A DNA stretch of 32,000 nt from Candidatus Saccharimonadota bacterium (GTDB lineage: Bacteria > Bacteroidota > Bacteroidia > Flavobacteriales > Blattabacteriaceae). Positions 1 through 9,129 of the stretch are shown piece by piece. Position 1 is the first letter of the stretch; the number at the start of each line of letters is the position of its first letter. The stretch spans positions 305,337 to 337,336 of the forward strand of contig CP100318.1 in the NCBI GenBank assembly GCA_029851085.1, written 5' to 3'. The position numbers and the translations under genes are program-made. Below the pieces are notes generated by a model. It did no database searches and had not been told where the DNA came from. It saw only the letters and a list, made by a program, of their open reading frames with translations.

Positions 1-1
1 T

Positions 2-1003
2 GGACATTTGGATAAATATATGGAAAATAGTTTTAAATCTATTTTAACTCCTAATAGTGAAGATGAATTTATTTTAAAACCAATGAATTGTCCTCATCAT
101 TGTGAAATTTACCGTTCACATCAATGGTCATATAAAGATTTGCCAAAACGTTTTGCAGAATTTGGTACTGTATATCGTTATGAGCAGAGTGGAGAACTTC
201 ACGGACTAACACGTGTACGAAGTTTCACACAAGATGATGCACATATTTTTTGTACTTCTGATCAATTATTAAATGAATTTAAATTAGTTATTGATTTAGT
301 AATTTATATATTAAATTCTTTAGGATTTAAAGAATATACTGCCCAAATATCGTTAAGAGATTATAATAACACTGAAAAATATATTGGTACTAATGAAAAT
401 TGGCAAAAAGCAGAAGAATATATAATTAAAGCAACTAAAGAAAAAAAATTAAAAACAAAATTAGTTTATGGTGAAGCAGCTTTTTATGGTCCAAAACTTG
501 ATTTTATTGTTAAAGATGCCTTAGGACGTAATTGGCAATTAGGCACAATTCAAGTAGATTATAATATGCCTATACGTTTTGATCTTAATTATAAAGGATA
601 TGATAATAAATTACATAGACCAATAATGATTCACCGTGCTCCTTTTGGATCTTTAGAACGTTTTATTGCAATTCTTATTGAACATACTGGAGGTGATTTT
701 CCATTATGGTTAGCTCCTTATCAAGTATCTATTCTTACTATAAGTAAAAAATATATAGTATATGCTAAAAATATATATAATATTATATTAAGTTCAAATA
801 TAAGAGTTTTTATGGATGATAGAGATGAAAAAATAGGTAAAAAGATACTATATGCAGAAATTAGCAAAATTCCTATTATGATTATAATAGGATATAAAGA
901 AGAAAAAAATAAATCAATTTCTATACGACGTAGAGGATCAAATAATATTGAAGAAATTAAAATAGAAAAATTTTTGAATTTTATAAAAAAAGAATTAACT
1001 TAA
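2..1003 (+). CDS. thrS: threonine--tRNA ligase, C-terminal ~334 codons (5' end lies upstream of the window)
   Basis: The frame is open from the window edge, so the TTG at 8 in the ORF track is not a real start. Class II aaRS core motifs are present (FAEFGTVYRYEQSGELHGLTRVRSFTQDDAHIF, GEAAFYGPKLDF, MIHRAPFGSLERF), followed by an anticodon-binding-type tail. The conserved thrS-infC-rpmI-rplT order follows. TAA stop at 1001-1003. Confidence 0.95.
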   Translation, partial: GHLDKYMENSFKSILTPNSEDEFILKPMNCPHHCEIYRSHQWSYKDLPKRFAEFGTVYRYEQSGELHGLTRVRSFTQDDAHIFCTSDQLLNEFKLVIDLVIYILNSLGFKEYTAQISLRDYNNTEKYIGTNENWQKAEEYIIKATKEKKLKTKLVYGEAAFYGPKLDFIVKDALGRNWQLGTIQVDYNMPIRFDLNYKGYDNKLHRPIMIHRAPFGSLERFIAILIEHTGGDFPLWLAPYQVSILTISKKYIVYAKNIYNIILSSNIRVFMDDRDEKIGKKILYAEISKIPIMIIIGYKEEKNKSISIRRRGSNNIEEIKIEKFLNFIKKELT

Positions 1004-1027
1004 TTCTAAATTAATTAAATTTTATAA

Positions 1028-1558
1028 ATTATAAAAATATATCGCATTAATCAATATATAGTTGCTCCTCAAGTACGTTTAGTTGGAGAAAATATAAAAG
1101 TTGGTATTTATACATTAAAAAATGCACTTCAAATTGCTAAAAATAAGGAATTAGATTTAGTAGAAATTAATTCTAAAATTGATCCACCTATATGTAAAAT
1201 ACTTGAATATAAAAAGTTTTTATATGAACAAAAAAAGAAACAAAAATTAATTAAATTAAAACAATATAAAGTTTTTACAAAAGAAATACGTATGGGGCCA
1301 CAAACAAATATTCATGATATTGAATTTAAAATAAAAAATGCTAAAAAATTTTTAAAATCTAAAGACAAAGTTAAAATATCTATCCTTTTTAAAGGACGTT
1401 CTATAATCTATAAAGATCAGGGAAAAGTTATTTTATTGAAATTTTCAGATGCACTAAATCTTTATGGAAAAGTAGAACAAATGCCAATGATGGATGGTAA
1501 AAAAATGTATATGATTATATCACCAACAAAACATTATAATGACAAAATTGAAAAGTAA
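1028..1558 (+). CDS. infC: translation initiation factor IF-3, initiating at a non-AUG codon (ATT 1028, or ATA 1031/1037)
   Basis: The frame of the 88-aa track ORF (1292..1558) stays open back to a TAA at 1025-1027. The extra 88 codons read [73 protein letters not shown], which is the IF-3 N-domain plus lysine-rich linker. That stretch has no in-frame ATG, GTG, TTG or CTG. The exact start codon is uncertain. Confidence 0.85.
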   Translation: MIKIYRINQYIVAPQVRLVGENIKVGIYTLKNALQIAKNKELDLVEINSKIDPPICKILEYKKFLYEQKKKQKLIKLKQYKVFTKEIRMGPQTNIHDIEFKIKNAKKFLKSKDKVKISILFKGRSIIYKDQGKVILLKFSDALNLYGKVEQMPMMDGKKMYMIISPTKHYNDKIEK

Positions 1559-1733
1559 ATCTGGAGCAAAAAAAAGATTTAAAATTACTGCTAGTGGTAT
1601 TATTAAAAGAAAACATGCATTTAAAAATCATCTGTTGACTAAAAAATCTACTAAAAAAAAACGTTTTTTAACTAAATTTGCTATAATAACAAAAGCAGAT
1701 ATTAAAAATATAAAAAAACAATTATTAATATAA
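1539..1733 (+). CDS. rpmI: 50S ribosomal protein L35
   Basis: 64-aa basic protein [33 protein letters not shown]. It overlaps the infC 3' end by 20 nt and sits in the conserved operon position. Confidence 0.95.
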   Translation: MTKLKSKSGAKKRFKITASGIIKRKHAFKNHLLTKKSTKKKRFLTKFAIITKADIKNIKKQLLI

Positions 1734-1734
1734 T

Positions 1735-2085
1735 ATGCCTAGATCTGTAAATTCAGTAGCTGCAAAACGTAAAAGAAAAAATATACTTAAATATGCTAAA
1801 GGTTATTATGGAGTAGGAAGTAAAGTATATACAATAGCTAAAAATAGAGTTGAAAAAGCATTTCAGCATGCTTATATTGGTCGTAAACAAAAAAAAATAA
1901 GATTTCGTGCTTTGTGGATTCAAAGAATCAATGCAGTAGTTAGAACATTTGGAATATCATATTCAAAATTTATAGATTTATTATATAATAATAATATTAA
2001 TCTTAATCGCAAGGTTATTGCGGATTTAGCAATTAACAATCCTAATATTTTAAAATATATTATTATAGAATATTTAAATAAATAA
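1735..2085 (+). CDS. rplT: 50S ribosomal protein L20
   Basis: 116 aa, MPRSVNSVAAKRKRKNILKYAKGYYG...RALWIQRINA. It starts 1 nt after the rpmI stop. Confidence 0.95.
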   Translation: MPRSVNSVAAKRKRKNILKYAKGYYGVGSKVYTIAKNRVEKAFQHAYIGRKQKKIRFRALWIQRINAVVRTFGISYSKFIDLLYNNNINLNRKVIADLAINNPNILKYIIIEYLNK

Positions 2086-2607
2086 TTTTTTATATATATT
2101 TTTTTTTTTAAAAGTAGATAAACGATCAATAAAAAGTTTTCCATCAATATGATCATATTCATGTTGTACAATTCTTGCTTGTAATCCATTTAATATTTCT
2201 GTATGTATATTCCAATATTCATCATAATATCTTATCAAGATATGAGATTTTCTTTTTACTAATTCAATTATATTTGGAATACTAAGACAACCTTCTTTAA
2301 AAACTACTGTTTTACCAAAACTTTTTATTATTTTAGCATTAATAAAAACTTTTTTATAATTATTATAATTAGAATAAGATAATTGATTATGTTTTAATAC
2401 ATATAACATATCTACAATAAATAATTTTATATTTTTTCCAATTTGAGGTGCAGCTAATCCTATTCCTTTTACATTATACATTGTATCAAACATATTTGAA
2501 ATCAATAAATTAAGTTTAGGAAAAGAATTAGAAATGTTAACACATTTTTTTCTTAGAATAGAATTATTTAAAATAGATTTACCATAAATTATTATAGGTA
2601 ATATCAT
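2074..2607 (-). CDS. def: peptide deformylase
   Basis: All three deformylase motifs are present: GIGLAAPQIG, EGCLSIP, HEYDHIDG. The 3' end overlaps the rplT 3' end by 12 nt (convergent). Confidence 0.95.
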   Translation of the reverse strand: MILPIIIYGKSILNNSILRKKCVNISNSFPKLNLLISNMFDTMYNVKGIGLAAPQIGKNIKLFIVDMLYVLKHNQLSYSNYNNYKKVFINAKIIKSFGKTVVFKEGCLSIPNIIELVKRKSHILIRYYDEYWNIHTEILNGLQARIVQHEYDHIDGKLFIDRLSTFKKKNIYKKLFI

Positions 2608-2608
2608 A

Positions 2609-3028
2609 TTATGATTTATTATTATTTTTTTGCAAAAGATAAGATTGCAGAATTAGAGTTGCACTAATTTTATTTATTAAATCTTTATTTTTTCTTTTTT
2701 TTTTGTTTAATCCTCCTTCTATCATATATTGTTTTGCTAATTTAGAAGTAAAACGTTCATCTATACGTTCTATAATAATATGATTATATTTTTGATTTAT
2801 TAATTTAATAAATTGTCTAATATTAATTTCAATAGGTGCATATTTACCATTTAATTGCTTAGGTAATCCTATAACAATTTTTTTTATTTCTTCTTTAGAA
2901 AGATATTCTTTTATAAAGAACATTAATTTTTCTGTCTTTATAGTTTTTAATCCATAAGCTATTATTTCTAGAGTATCAGTAATTGCAATCCCTGTTCTTT
3001 TGTGTCCATAATCTATACCTAGTATCAT
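2609..3028 (-). CDS. ruvX: YqgF/RuvX family pre-16S rRNA nuclease (putative Holliday junction resolvase)
   Basis: 139 aa with N-terminal ILGIDYGHKRTGIAITD and a later DERFTS motif, typical of the RNase H-fold YqgF family. It lies 1 nt upstream of def on the same strand. Confidence 0.85.
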   Translation of the reverse strand: MILGIDYGHKRTGIAITDTLEIIAYGLKTIKTEKLMFFIKEYLSKEEIKKIVIGLPKQLNGKYAPIEINIRQFIKLINQKYNHIIIERIDERFTSKLAKQYMIEGGLNKKKRKNKDLINKISATLILQSYLLQKNNNKS

Positions 3029-3088
3029 ATATATAAATAAAATTGTATTTTAATAAAATTGTATTATTTAATAATAATATAATAAACT

Positions 3089-3904
3089 ATGGATAAATAT
3101 AAAACAATAATAGAAAAAGTTTGGAACAATAAAGAAAATTGGAAAACTCACGAAATAAAAAATATTATTTATGATGTTATAAAACAACTTGATAATGGTA
3201 CACTTAGAATAGCTATTCGTTCATATGATAAAAAATGGATAATAAACGAATGGATTAAAAAAACAATTCTTATGTATTTTTCAATTAAAGAAATGGAACT
3301 TATAGAAATAGGTCCATTTGAATTTTATGATAAAATTCCATTAAAAAATTCTTATGAAGAAAAAAAAGTTCGTGTAGTTCCTCATGCTATAGCTAGATAT
3401 GGATCTTATATTTCTCCTGGTGTTGTTTTAATGCCTTCTTATGTTAATATTGGTGCTTATATAGGTACTAATAGTATGATAGATACGTGGGCAACAGTAG
3501 GTAGTTGTGCTCAAATTGGATCTAATGTGCATATAAGTGGAGGTGTTGGGATAGGTGGTGTTTTAGAACCTTTACAAGCTTCACCTGTTATTATTGAAGA
3601 TAATGTTTTTATTGGATCTAGATGTATTTTAGTTGAAGGCGTTTATATAGAAGAAGAAGCTGTTTTAGGAGCTAATGTAGTTTTAACAGCATCAACTAAA
3701 ATTATAGATGTTACTGGTAATAATCCTATTGAACTAAAAGGTATAGTACCTAAACGTTCAGTAGTAATACCTGGATCATATTCTAAAAAATATCCTGCTG
3801 GACAATATAATGTTCCATGTGCTTTAATAATTGGAAAACGTAAGGAAAGTACAAATAAAAAAACATCACTAAACAAAGTTTTACGAGAACATAATATTAT
3901 ATAG
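3089..3904 (+). CDS. dapD: 2,3,4,5-tetrahydropyridine-2,6-dicarboxylate N-succinyltransferase
   Basis: 271 aa with a left-handed beta-helix hexapeptide-repeat region (GAYIGTNSMIDTWATVGSCAQIGSNVHISGGVGIGGVLEP...IIEDNVFIGSRC). The N-terminal helical domain is typical of DapD. TAG stop. Confidence 0.9.
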   Translation: MDKYKTIIEKVWNNKENWKTHEIKNIIYDVIKQLDNGTLRIAIRSYDKKWIINEWIKKTILMYFSIKEMELIEIGPFEFYDKIPLKNSYEEKKVRVVPHAIARYGSYISPGVVLMPSYVNIGAYIGTNSMIDTWATVGSCAQIGSNVHISGGVGIGGVLEPLQASPVIIEDNVFIGSRCILVEGVYIEEEAVLGANVVLTASTKIIDVTGNNPIELKGIVPKRSVVIPGSYSKKYPAGQYNVPCALIIGKRKESTNKKTSLNKVLREHNII

Positions 3905-3906
3905 CA

Positions 3907-5313
3907 ATGACATGCTTAAATAAAAAAATATTTAAGATAATAAGTAAATCTTCTAAAGAACTTAAACAAGATTCTTATATTGTAGGAGGTTATGTACGAG
4001 ATTTTTTATTGGGGAAACCATCTAAAGATATTGATATTGTAACTACAGGAAGTGGTATTCATTTAGCAGAACAAGTATCTAAAAATATTGAAAAAAAACC
4101 TAAAGTAAATTTTTTCAAAAGATTTGGTACTGCTATGTTGATATATGAAAATGATAAAATAGAATTTGTAGGAGCTAGAAAAGAATCATATAATATTAAT
4201 AGTCGTAATCCTTTTATAGAAAAAGGTTCACTTATAGACGATCAAACTAGAAGAGATTTTACTATTAATTCTCTAGCTATTAGTCTTAATAAGAATGATT
4301 ACGGAAGGTTAATAGATCCTTTAATGGGAAAAGATGATTTAAAAAAAAAAATCATACGTACTACTAGAGATCCCAATATTACTTATTATGATGATCCTCT
4401 AAGAATGATGCGTGCTATACGTTTTGCTACACAATTAAAATTTGAAATTGAAGATTTATCTTATAAATTTATAAAAAAAAATAAAGAAAGAATACATATT
4501 GTATCTATAGAACGTATTATGGATGAATTTAATAAAATACTTTCTTGTGAAAAACCATCTATAGGTATTAATTTGCTTTATGATTCTGGTTTATTGAATA
4601 TTATATTACCTGAATTAACAGCATTGAAAGGAATAGAAGAAAAAGAAGGTTCCACACATAAAGATAATTTTATTCATACTCTTGAAGTAATCGATAATAT
4701 TAGCAAAAAAACAAATTCTATATGGCTAAGATGGGCAGCATTACTTCATGATATTGGAAAAACTAAAACTAAAAAATATTTATCAGGTGTTGGATGGACA
4801 TTTCGTGCACATGAAATTTTAGGTTCTAAAATGATACCGTCTATATTTAGACGTCTTAAACTTCCTATGGGATTAACAATGCAATATATTCAAAAAATAA
4901 TAAGGTCTAGTTCACGTCCAATTTCATTAATAAGTAATAAAACTACTGATTCTGCTATACGTAGATTATTATTTGATTTAGGAAATGACATTGAAGATTT
5001 AATAATGTTATGTGAAGCAGATATTACAACAAAAAATTTTTCAAAAAAACAACAATATAAAAGTAATTTTAATTTAGTTAGTACTAAATTTAAGCAAATT
5101 GAAAAAAAAGATAAAATACGTAATTGGCAACCTCCTATATCAGGAGAATGTATTATGAATACATTTAATTTAAAACCTTGTCAGCAAGTAGGTATTATAA
5201 AAAATTCTATAAAAGAAGCTATTTTAGATGGAAAAATAAATAATGAAAAAAATGATGCTTATATTTTCATGTTAAAAAAAGGAAAAGAATTAGGATTAAA
5301 AACAAAAAATTAA
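3907..5313 (+). CDS. cca: CCA-adding tRNA nucleotidyltransferase / poly(A) polymerase family protein with HD domain
   Basis: Pol-beta head motifs GGYVRDFLLGKPSKDIDIV and RRDFTINSLA are present, with the downstream HD domain LHDIGK. The only tRNA in the window does not encode its CCA end, consistent with a functional CCA-adding enzyme. It contains an in-frame A11 tract at 4341-4351. Confidence 0.8.
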   Translation: MTCLNKKIFKIISKSSKELKQDSYIVGGYVRDFLLGKPSKDIDIVTTGSGIHLAEQVSKNIEKKPKVNFFKRFGTAMLIYENDKIEFVGARKESYNINSRNPFIEKGSLIDDQTRRDFTINSLAISLNKNDYGRLIDPLMGKDDLKKKIIRTTRDPNITYYDDPLRMMRAIRFATQLKFEIEDLSYKFIKKNKERIHIVSIERIMDEFNKILSCEKPSIGINLLYDSGLLNIILPELTALKGIEEKEGSTHKDNFIHTLEVIDNISKKTNSIWLRWAALLHDIGKTKTKKYLSGVGWTFRAHEILGSKMIPSIFRRLKLPMGLTMQYIQKIIRSSSRPISLISNKTTDSAIRRLLFDLGNDIEDLIMLCEADITTKNFSKKQQYKSNFNLVSTKFKQIEKKDKIRNWQPPISGECIMNTFNLKPCQQVGIIKNSIKEAILDGKINNEKNDAYIFMLKKGKELGLKTKN

Positions 5314-5319
5314 ATATTT

Positions 5320-6338
5320 ATGGATATAAAATACTTAAAGAAAATATTAAAAAGTTTTAAAAAAAAATTACATTATTATCACATAGAAATCCAGATGGTG
5401 ATGCTATAGGTTCATCATTAGCAATGTTTTTATATTTAAAAAAACTTAACCATGATGTTTCTATCATTATTCCTACAAATTATCCCCATTTTTTAAAATG
5501 GTTACCTAATAATGAAGATTTTATAATTTTTTCAGAAAAAAATCAAGGAGTAATTAAAGAAAAAATTATATATTCAGATATAATAATATTTATAGATGTT
5601 CATAATTTATATAGAATAAAACCTATTGATATTTTTTTAGAAGAATCAAAAGCAATAAAAATGTTAATTGATCATCATGATCATTTGAAAAATGATGATT
5701 TTTTTGATTTAAAATTTTATGATCCAACAGCATCTTCTACAAGTATAATAATTTTTAGAATTATAAACAGTATAGGTGATTTTAATATGATTGACCTACG
5801 TATAGCTACCTGCTTATATGTAAGTTTAATAACAGATACTGGTTCTTTTCGTTTTTCTATAACTCCTGAAACACATTATATAGCTGCAAAATTATTAGAA
5901 ACTGGTATAGATATATCTTATATAAATAATAGAATATATAGTATATATACTAAATATCGTATGTCACTATTAGGAAAAACGTTGCAAAATGTAAAAATTA
6001 TATCTATGTATAGAACTGCTTATACCATAATTAATGCTTATGATTTAAAAGATCATAATTATGGAGATACTGAAGGTTTTGTTAATTATGGGTTAGATAT
6101 AAAAAATATTGTATTTTCTTTAATCTTTATTGAAGATCCTATACAAAAGTTGATTAAAATATCCTTTCGTTCTAAAGGAAATTTTGATGTTAATACTTTT
6201 GCAAAAAAACACTTTTCGGGAGGAGGACACAAAAATGCTGCAGGAGGTATTTCTAATAAAAGTTTAAATGAAACTATTAAATATTTTAATAGCATATTAC
6301 CTATATATAAAAAAATTATTCAAAAAATAAACTTATAA
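5320..6338 (+). CDS. nrnA: DHH-family phosphoesterase (NrnA-like oligoribonuclease/pAp phosphatase), frame broken at an A9 tract
   Basis: The track ORF 5424..6338 carries DHH motif III (LIDHHDH) and the DHHA1 motif GGGHKNAAGG. Motif I (HRNPDGDAIGSS) lies upstream of the track start in the same frame, which is closed by TAA at 5358-5360. An ATG at 5320 in another frame reads MDIKYLKKILKSFKKK into the 9-A run at 5359-5367. Reading 10 A joins the two frames. Confidence 0.75.
5359..5367 (+). other. A9 homopolymer at the nrnA-like frame break
   Basis: Nine consecutive A were counted directly. Frame 1 reads AAA AAA AAA TTA CAT, and the conserved frame needs AAA AAA AAA ATT ACA. Confidence 0.9.
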
Positions 6339-7193
6339 TTATTTTACATGTCTATCTGCATGATATGAAGAACGAACTAAAGCTCCACTTTCTACATACA
6401 TAAAACCCATTTTTAATGCTATATTTTCATATTTTTTAAATTTTTCTGGAGAAATAAAAGTACGAACAGCTATTTGTTGTTTTGATGGTTGTAAATATTG
6501 TCCTATTGTAATAATATCGACATTAGATTTTTTTATGTCTTCCATTGTTTCTAATATTTCTTCTTCAGTTTCTCCTAAACCTAACATTATGCCAGTTTTA
6601 GTACGACTTTCTCCGTTAGTTTTTAAATAACGTAAAAGTTCTAAACTACGATCATATTTAGCTTGAATACGTATTTCTTTAGTTAATCTTCGAACAGTTT
6701 CTAAATTGTGGGATATAACTTCAGGTTTTGTATTTATAATTTTATCTAAAAATTTTGTTTTTCCTTTAAAATCAGGTATTAATGTTTCAATAGTTGTGAA
6801 TGGATTAAAATATCGTATAGTTTTAATAGTATTTATCCATAGTAACGATCCCATATCCTCCAAGTCATCTCTATTTACAGAAGTAATTACTGCATGTTTT
6901 ATATTCATTTTTTTTATAGCAAATGCTACTTTTTCAGGTTCATTCCAATTTATCATTTTGGGACGTCCAGTTTTTACATTGCAAAATCTACATGAACGAG
7001 TACAAATATTTCCTAATATCATAAAAGTAGCTATGCCATTTCCCCAACATTCACCAATATTAGGGCAATTTCCACTTTGGCAAATAGTGTTTAATTGATA
7101 CTTATCTACTATATTTTGTAATTTATGATAATTTTTACTTATTGGTAGTTTTACTCTTATCCAATTAGGTATTTTAGTGTTTGATTTATTCAT
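6339..7193 (-). CDS. lipA: lipoyl synthase
   Basis: Radical-SAM cluster motif CTRSCRFCNV plus the N-terminal auxiliary-cluster motif CQSGNCPNIGEC. 284 aa. The stop abuts the nrnA-like stop. Confidence 0.95.
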   Translation of the reverse strand: MNKSNTKIPNWIRVKLPISKNYHKLQNIVDKYQLNTICQSGNCPNIGECWGNGIATFMILGNICTRSCRFCNVKTGRPKMINWNEPEKVAFAIKKMNIKHAVITSVNRDDLEDMGSLLWINTIKTIRYFNPFTTIETLIPDFKGKTKFLDKIINTKPEVISHNLETVRRLTKEIRIQAKYDRSLELLRYLKTNGESRTKTGIMLGLGETEEEILETMEDIKKSNVDIITIGQYLQPSKQQIAVRTFISPEKFKKYENIALKMGFMYVESGALVRSSYHADRHVK

Positions 7194-7269
7194 AACATAA
7201 AATATTGTACTTATAATAATAATATTATTTTTATTTTTAGTAATTTTATTATTAAATATTTTTTTGTAA

Positions 7270-8352
7270 ATGAAAGTAAAAGATGTTACTAATGCAGTTG
7301 ATAAACTTGCTTATCCCGAATATGCTGAAAATTATGATAATGTAGGACTTTTAATAGGAGATTATGATAATAACATATCTAAAATATTAATAACTTTAGA
7401 TATTACTGAAGCAGTATTAAAAGAAGCTATTGATAATAAATATAATCTTATTATTAGTTATCATCCTATTATTTTTAACGGAATAAAAAAAATAATAGGA
7501 TCTAATTATAGAGAACGAATAATAATATCTGCAATTAAACATGATATTTCTATTTATGTAATTCACACTAATTTGGATGTTATGCCGAATGGTACTAATT
7601 ATTATATTGGTAAGCGCTTAGGATTAATTAAACAAAAAATATTAATTCCTAAATTAGGTTGTATTAAAAAATTAACAACTTATGTACCTAAAAAATATGC
7701 TAATATTGTAAGAACATCTTTATTTAAAGTAGGAGCAGGAAATATAGGTAATTATGATTATTGTAGTTTTAATTTTGAAGGTATAGGTAGTTTTATGGGA
7801 AAAAAAGATTCAAATCCTTTTATTGGAAATAAAGGTGAAATTAATTTTAAAGAAGAAACGTGTATTAACGTTATTTTTCCTATACATAAAGAACGTTTAG
7901 TTATAGAAGCTCTGATTAAAAATCATCCTTATGAAGATGTTGCATATGAAGTTGTTGATATTAATAATCAATATTTTGGTTTAGGTACAGTTGGATTTTT
8001 AAAAGAAAGTATGTCAGAAAAATATTTTTTTTCTTTTTTGAAAGAAAAAATGTGTACGAATAACATTCGTCATTCTTCTTTTTTAAATAAACCTATTAAA
8101 AAAGTTGCTTTAATAGGTGGTTCAGGTAGTTTTGGATTATTTTATGCTAAAGAAGTAAATGCTGATATTTTTATATCATCTGATTTTAAATATCATCATT
8201 TTTTTGAAACAAATATTTTAATTGCTGATATTGGACATTATGAATCTGAGCAATTTACAAAAGACTTAATAGAAACTTATTTAAGAGATAAATTTCCTAA
8301 TTTAGTTATTTTTAAATCAAAAATTAACACTAATCCCGTTAATTATTATTAG
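7270..8352 (+). CDS. Nif3-like dinuclear metal centre protein (long form with inserted PII-like domain)
   Basis: 360 aa with conserved stretches SYHPIIF, IHTNLD and DIGHYESE at the expected positions. It is followed by the usual COG1579 partner gene. Confidence 0.85.
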   Translation: MKVKDVTNAVDKLAYPEYAENYDNVGLLIGDYDNNISKILITLDITEAVLKEAIDNKYNLIISYHPIIFNGIKKIIGSNYRERIIISAIKHDISIYVIHTNLDVMPNGTNYYIGKRLGLIKQKILIPKLGCIKKLTTYVPKKYANIVRTSLFKVGAGNIGNYDYCSFNFEGIGSFMGKKDSNPFIGNKGEINFKEETCINVIFPIHKERLVIEALIKNHPYEDVAYEVVDINNQYFGLGTVGFLKESMSEKYFFSFLKEKMCTNNIRHSSFLNKPIKKVALIGGSGSFGLFYAKEVNADIFISSDFKYHHFFETNILIADIGHYESEQFTKDLIETYLRDKFPNLVIFKSKINTNPVNYY

Positions 8353-8355
8353 ATA

Positions 8356-9129
8356 ATGAAAACATTTGAAAATAAGTTAATAGCATTATATAAATTACAA
8401 TTAATAGATTCTCGTATTGATGAAATACGATCTTATAGAGAAAATCTTCCTTTAGAGGTAAAAAAAATAGAAAATGAAATTAAAGTATTAAAACAAAAAA
8501 TAGAAAATATTAATAATGAAATTAATTCATTGTATGAAAACATAAACAATAAAAATAAAACTATTAAAGAAGCAGAAAATATTATTAATAAATACAATAT
8601 TCATAAAATAAATGTACATAATAATCGTGAATATGAAGTTATTAATAAAGAAATTGAATATCAAAAATTAATAATAGAATTATCTTTAAAAGAAATTAAA
8701 GAATTTAAATCAAAAATTAATAATAATAATATTTATATACAAGAGTTAGAAGTTATTATTAATAATAATAATGATTGTATTTTTAAAAAAAAAGAAATTT
8801 TAGATCAAATTTTTTTAGAAATTGAAGATAAAGAAAAATTTCTTTTAGAAAAAAAAGAATTGTGTTCTAAAGAAATTGAAGATAATTTATTACAAATTTA
8901 TGAAAAAATACGTAATAAAATTGAATATGGATTGGCTGTAGTACCAGTACAAAGAGGAGTTGCAGTAGGATCTTTTTTATTTATTCCACTTCAAACATAT
9001 TCAGAACTTTTTCAAAGAAAAAAAATAATTATAGATGAACATAGTGGTAGAATACTTATCGATAATGATTTAGCTAAAAAAGTTGAAAAAATAGTAGAAG
9101 ATGAAATATTTTCAAGATATAATTCCTGA
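8356..9129 (+). CDS. COG1579-type coiled-coil protein with degenerate C-terminal zinc-ribbon region
   Basis: 257 aa with long heptad-like K/E/I/N-rich helices. The C-terminal block YGLAVVPVQRGVAVGSFLFIPLQ...KKIIIDEHSGRILID matches my recollection of the family consensus (GLAVV...C.GC...CEHCGRIL), but without the cysteines. It has a conserved position after the NIF3 gene. TGA stop. Confidence 0.7.
   Translation: MKTFENKLIALYKLQLIDSRIDEIRSYRENLPLEVKKIENEIKVLKQKIENINNEINSLYENINNKNKTIKEAENIINKYNIHKINVHNNREYEVINKEIEYQKLIIELSLKEIKEFKSKINNNNIYIQELEVIINNNNDCIFKKKEILDQIFLEIEDKEKFLLEKKELCSKEIEDNLLQIYEKIRNKIEYGLAVVPVQRGVAVGSFLFIPLQTYSELFQRKKIIIDEHSGRILIDNDLAKKVEKIVEDEIFSRYNS

Noticed and set aside
1292-1558. 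88-aa ORF from the track treated as a stand-alone gene
   Set aside because: It is the C-terminal domain of IF-3. The same frame is open and clearly IF-3-like for 88 more codons upstream, so the gene is modelled from a non-AUG start at about 1028.
1920-2189. 89-aa ORF on the - strand
   Set aside because: It is antisense to rplT and out of frame within def. The translation is low-complexity I/L/K/Y-rich with no motifs, so it is a shadow ORF of an AT-rich region.
3036-3065. 14-bp direct repeat aataaaattgtatt (3036-3049 and 3052-3065) in the ruvX/dapD divergent spacer, considered as an operator or promoter element
   Set aside because: It is a short, A/T-only repeat with a single duplication and no dyad symmetry or known motif. 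It is most simply local slippage, and it is not supportable as a regulatory site from sequence alone.
3643-3876. 77-aa ORF on the - strand
   Set aside because: It lies entirely antisense within dapD, has no recognisable motif, and dapD fully explains the region.
6086-6295. 69-aa ORF on the - strand
   Set aside because: It is antisense within the DHH/NrnA-like gene (opposite the GGGH region), so it is a shadow ORF.
6706-7098. 130-aa ORF on the + strand
   Set aside because: It is antisense within lipA, whose radical-SAM motifs unambiguously assign the coding strand.
9112-9129. Possibility that TGA is reassigned (as in some tiny endosymbiont genomes)
   Set aside because: Both TGA codons here fall where the protein alignments are expected to end. 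No in-frame TGA interrupts any conserved gene in the window, and an apparently functional prfB is present.
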